Made by a program: the position numbers and the translations under genes
Assembly: GCF_036971445.1 (NCBI RefSeq)
Contig: NC_091469.1
Coordinates: 154,070,001-154,134,000 of the forward strand
DNA from: Narcine bancroftii
Taxonomy: Eukaryota
DNA: 64,000 nt
Direction: 5' to 3'
In this document: positions 60,770-64,000 of the stretch, in pieces
Numbering within the stretch: the stretch's first letter is position 1
Layout of the letters: every line of letters starts with the position of its first letter
The notes under the pieces: generated by a model
What the model was told of the DNA's origin: nothing
Seen by the model: the letters and a program-made list of their open reading frames with translations, nothing else
Databases searched by the model: none

Positions 60770-63700
60770 GAACCAGAAACATTAAAGACAGTACAGCCCT
60801 TGATGTTTGGGCCGATCCATTATATTCTTTTTTTAAAAAAGTTCTAAACCTCCCTACCCCATAACCCTCTATTTTTCTTCTGTCCATGTGCCTGCCTGTC
60901 TCTTAAATACCCCTAATGTTTCAGCCTCCACCACCATCCCTAGCAAGGCATCCCAGGCCCCCACAATTCTCTGTGTGAAAAAAACTTATCACTGATGTCT
61001 TCCCTAAACTTCCCTCCCTTTACTTTGTACTTGTGTCCTCTCGTGTTTGCTATTCCTGCCCTGGGAAATAGGCATTGGCTGTCCAATGCCTCTCATAATC
61101 TTGTAGACCTCTAAAGTCTCCTCATCCTTCTACGCACCAAAGAGAAAAGTCTTAACTCTGCTAACCTTGCCTCACAAGGCTTATTTTACAATCCAGGTAA
61201 CATCCTGATAAATCTCTGTACCCTCTCGATAACTTCCACATCCTTCTTGTAATGAAGTGACCAGAATGGAACACAATACTCTTTAAGTGTGGTCTCACCA
61301 GAGATTTGTAGACCTCTTTACTTTTGATTCAATCCCCCTTTTAATGAAACCCAGCACACCATAGGCCTTCATAACTATCCTATGAACACTTGAGGGATGT
61401 ATGGATATGGACCCCAAGGTTCCTCTGTTCTTCCGCACTGTTAAGTAACAAATGTCTTATTGCAGGCCTTATCAAATGCCTTACTAAAATCCATGTAGAC
61501 CACATCTATCGCCTTAATCTCATCAAAAAGCTCAATTACACTCATGAGGCATGACCTTCTCTTCATAAATCCATGCTGACTATCCTTGAGTAGACTGTAC
61601 TTATCCAAATGCTCATAGATCCTTTTCTTAAGAATCCTCTCCAATAGCTTGCACACCACTGATGTAAGACTCATCAGTCTATAATTGCTAGGATTCTCCC
61701 CATGACTTTTTTGAAACAAGGGGACTACATTTGCCATTCTCCAATGCTCCAATTCTCCCCTGTCACCAAAGAGGACTCAAAAGATCATAGCTACTGCTCC
61801 AACACTTCCCACTGCATCCGGCGACACTTTCTCTTCCTTAATCTCCACATTATCCAGTACACAATCCTCTTCAATTTCAACCTTGATCAAGGACCTTTTC
61901 TCTTGTGAATTCTGAAGCAAAGTGTTCATTTAGGACCTCCTCTGCCTCAAGGCTAATGTTGCCTCCTTTATCCTTTAGTGGCCCCACCTTCATTCTTGTC
62001 ATTCTTCTGATGTTCACGTACATATAGAATGCTTTGGGGTTCTCCTTAATCCTACATGCCAAGGCCTCCACATGCTCTCTTTGAGCTCTCCGAAGTTTTT
62101 TTTTAAGTTCCTTTCTGGCTACCATATACTCCACATTGAGCCTTTCCTGCTTCCTATATCTGACATGTGCTTCCTTCTTCCTCTTGACTAGCTGCCTCAC
62201 CTGTTTCATCAACCATGGTTCCCTTTTCCAACCATCTTTTCCTTGTCCCAGTGGTTTAAACCTATCCTGAACCCAGCACAAGTGATCTCTAAACTTCCTC
62301 CACATTAGTTCTGTGCTTTCATCCTTGAACATCTGTTTCCAATTTACTCTCACTAGTTTCTGCCTTATCCTATTGTAATGAGCTCTTCCCCAATTAAACA
62401 CTTTCCCGTTTGGTCTGCTTTTATACTTACCACGGCTATGCTAAAGCACAGGGAGTTGTGGTCACTCTCAGCAAAATGCTCCCCCACTGAGAGGTCAGCC
62501 TCCTGGCCAGGTTCATTCCCCAGAATTAGATCCTGTATGGCCTCTCCTCTCATCGGCTGGTCCACATTTTGTCAGGAATCCTTGGACCCACCTGACAAAT
62601 TCAGTTCTATCTATTCCTCTTGCAGTCAATAAGTGCCAGTCAATATTGGGGAAGTTGAAATCATCCTTAACCACAACCCTGTATTTCCTGCACCATTCCA
62701 AAACCTGCTTGTTTATCTGCTCTTTGATGTCCCAAGGGCTATTTGGGGGCCTATAGACTATCGTATATGACGGTACATAGGATCACCCTCCCATTTTTAT
62801 CGTGAAATTTCAGTAAAAGTTTGTTTTAGTGTATTTAACTTCACTCACCTCGATGGAAACCCTCCAGCTTTGTATGGCCAAGATGCTGAAGCTTTCTTGC
62901 ACATGAACAACAGCAGCGACACGTCCTGCCTGCTGCATGCTGAGGCTCAGGCTGCTCCCCACCTGATTGATTGACAGGCATGCCAGGACCCACAGTGGGA
63001 GGTAGAGAAGTCAGGACAATATGCAGGGCCCAGGCCCACCATCACGGGGGCAGACATTAGATCACTTGCTTTGAGGGGAGTGCTGGGCCTTGGTGATCAG
63101 GCTCCATGCTGAAGCTTTGACAAGCACGGCTCCCCATGCAGATTGAATGAGGCATGGGGGCAGGTGGCAGTGACCGAGTGATCTGTTGAACTGAGCTCAA
63201 CAGGCTGCTCGCTCACTGCCACCCGCCCCCGCGCCTTTTTCAATTTGCTCGGGGGCTGTGGTCGTCGATCAAAGCCTGATCACCATAGTTCTCTTTTCCC
63301 CCTTCCCTTCCAGAGACTTGTCCCTGGTAGGTCGTACCCCCAACAGTGCCCAAAACAGTATACATTGTTGAGGGGAACGGCCACAGGGCTACTCTGCACT
63401 GCCTGTCTATTCCCCTTCCCTCTCCTACCACTCACCCAGCTACCTGCCTCTTGACTTTTAGGGGTGACATCCCCATGAAGTTCCTCTCTATCACTGCCTC
63501 TGCCTCCCAAATGATCTGGAGTTCATCCAACTCCCTTTCCCTAATTTGGTCTTCGAGGAGCAGCAGCTGGATGCACCTCTTGCACAGTTGCACTGTCCCA
63601 GATGTCTCACATGCCCTCGCTGCTGTCTCCATTAACTATTCTTTGTTTAAATACAAAGATCTTATCTGGACTTACCCTACTGGAAACAAGCTTGTCCTGA

Positions 63701-63800
63701 GCCTCTGCTCGCCGAACTCTCATGAGCAAAGCCTCAAATTCCCACTCCTTCCCTGAGCCACTCACACACTGGACGCTCTACACTGCCTGCTACATATGAG
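60770..63800 (-). mobile_element. Long decayed CR1 (ORF1, EN, RT, 3' UTR) interrupted by an insertion at ~62762-63240
   Basis: ORF1 CKRCIQLLLLEDQIRE/PVAVPLNN; EN DDFNFPNIDW/SDHNSL; RT NYRLMSLTSVVCK/YMDFSKAFDK. Confidence 0.9.
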
Positions 63801-63874
63801 CTTACCCTCATTTTATTTGTCACGTTTCTTATCTGTAGTACTCACTTCCACCAATTACCTTTTTGTTTAACCAT

Positions 63875-64000
63875 AGCAGCAGGTATGGATGGAATCCCCC
63901 CCAGAGGTCTGGAAGGCTGGCGGCAAAACTCTGCATGCCAAACTGCATGAGTTTTTCAAGCTTTGTTGGGACCAAGGAAAACAGCCTCAGGACCTTCGTG
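63875..64000 (+). mobile_element. RTE (BovB-like) LINE RT fragment, continuing beyond the window
   Basis: Open translation AAGMDGIPPEVWKAGGKTLHAKLHEFFKLCWDQGKQPQDLR. Confidence 0.8.

Overview
Eukaryotic, repeat-rich vertebrate genomic DNA, most likely a cartilaginous fish (inferred from the mix of CR1, L1/Tx1, Penelope, Rex/Babar, RTE, CsRn1-Gypsy and tRNA-SINE repeats). A 200-N assembly gap lies at 159-358. The + strand carries HAUS3 (augmin subunit 3) in four coding exons (10257-11170, 17160-17602, 32597-32822, 42950-43201). The first of these is broken by several frameshifts, while the other three are intact. Downstream is what looks like the first coding exon of POLN (56085-56220), so the HAUS3-inside-POLN arrangement known from mammals appears conserved. 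A CpG island at ~6250-9000 looks like a bidirectional promoter: it has a - strand ATG micro-exon with a GTAAGT donor, three RFX-like boxes and a + strand leader-exon donor at 6772. The most unusual feature is a ~2.3 kb intronless, frameshift-broken but codon-patterned Pro/Ala/Arg/Met/Gly 'RPMG' repeat reading frame (~6730-9034) directly behind that leader exon. It may be an unannotated third product of the HAUS3/POLN promoter. The rest is transposable elements (a near-intact 5'-truncated L1 with TSD, a two-LTR CsRn1-type Gypsy with TSD, CR1, Penelope, solo LTRs, MITEs), several minisatellites and a decayed tRNA-Thr copy. Protein family calls come from remembered motifs and sequences; no database search was run.
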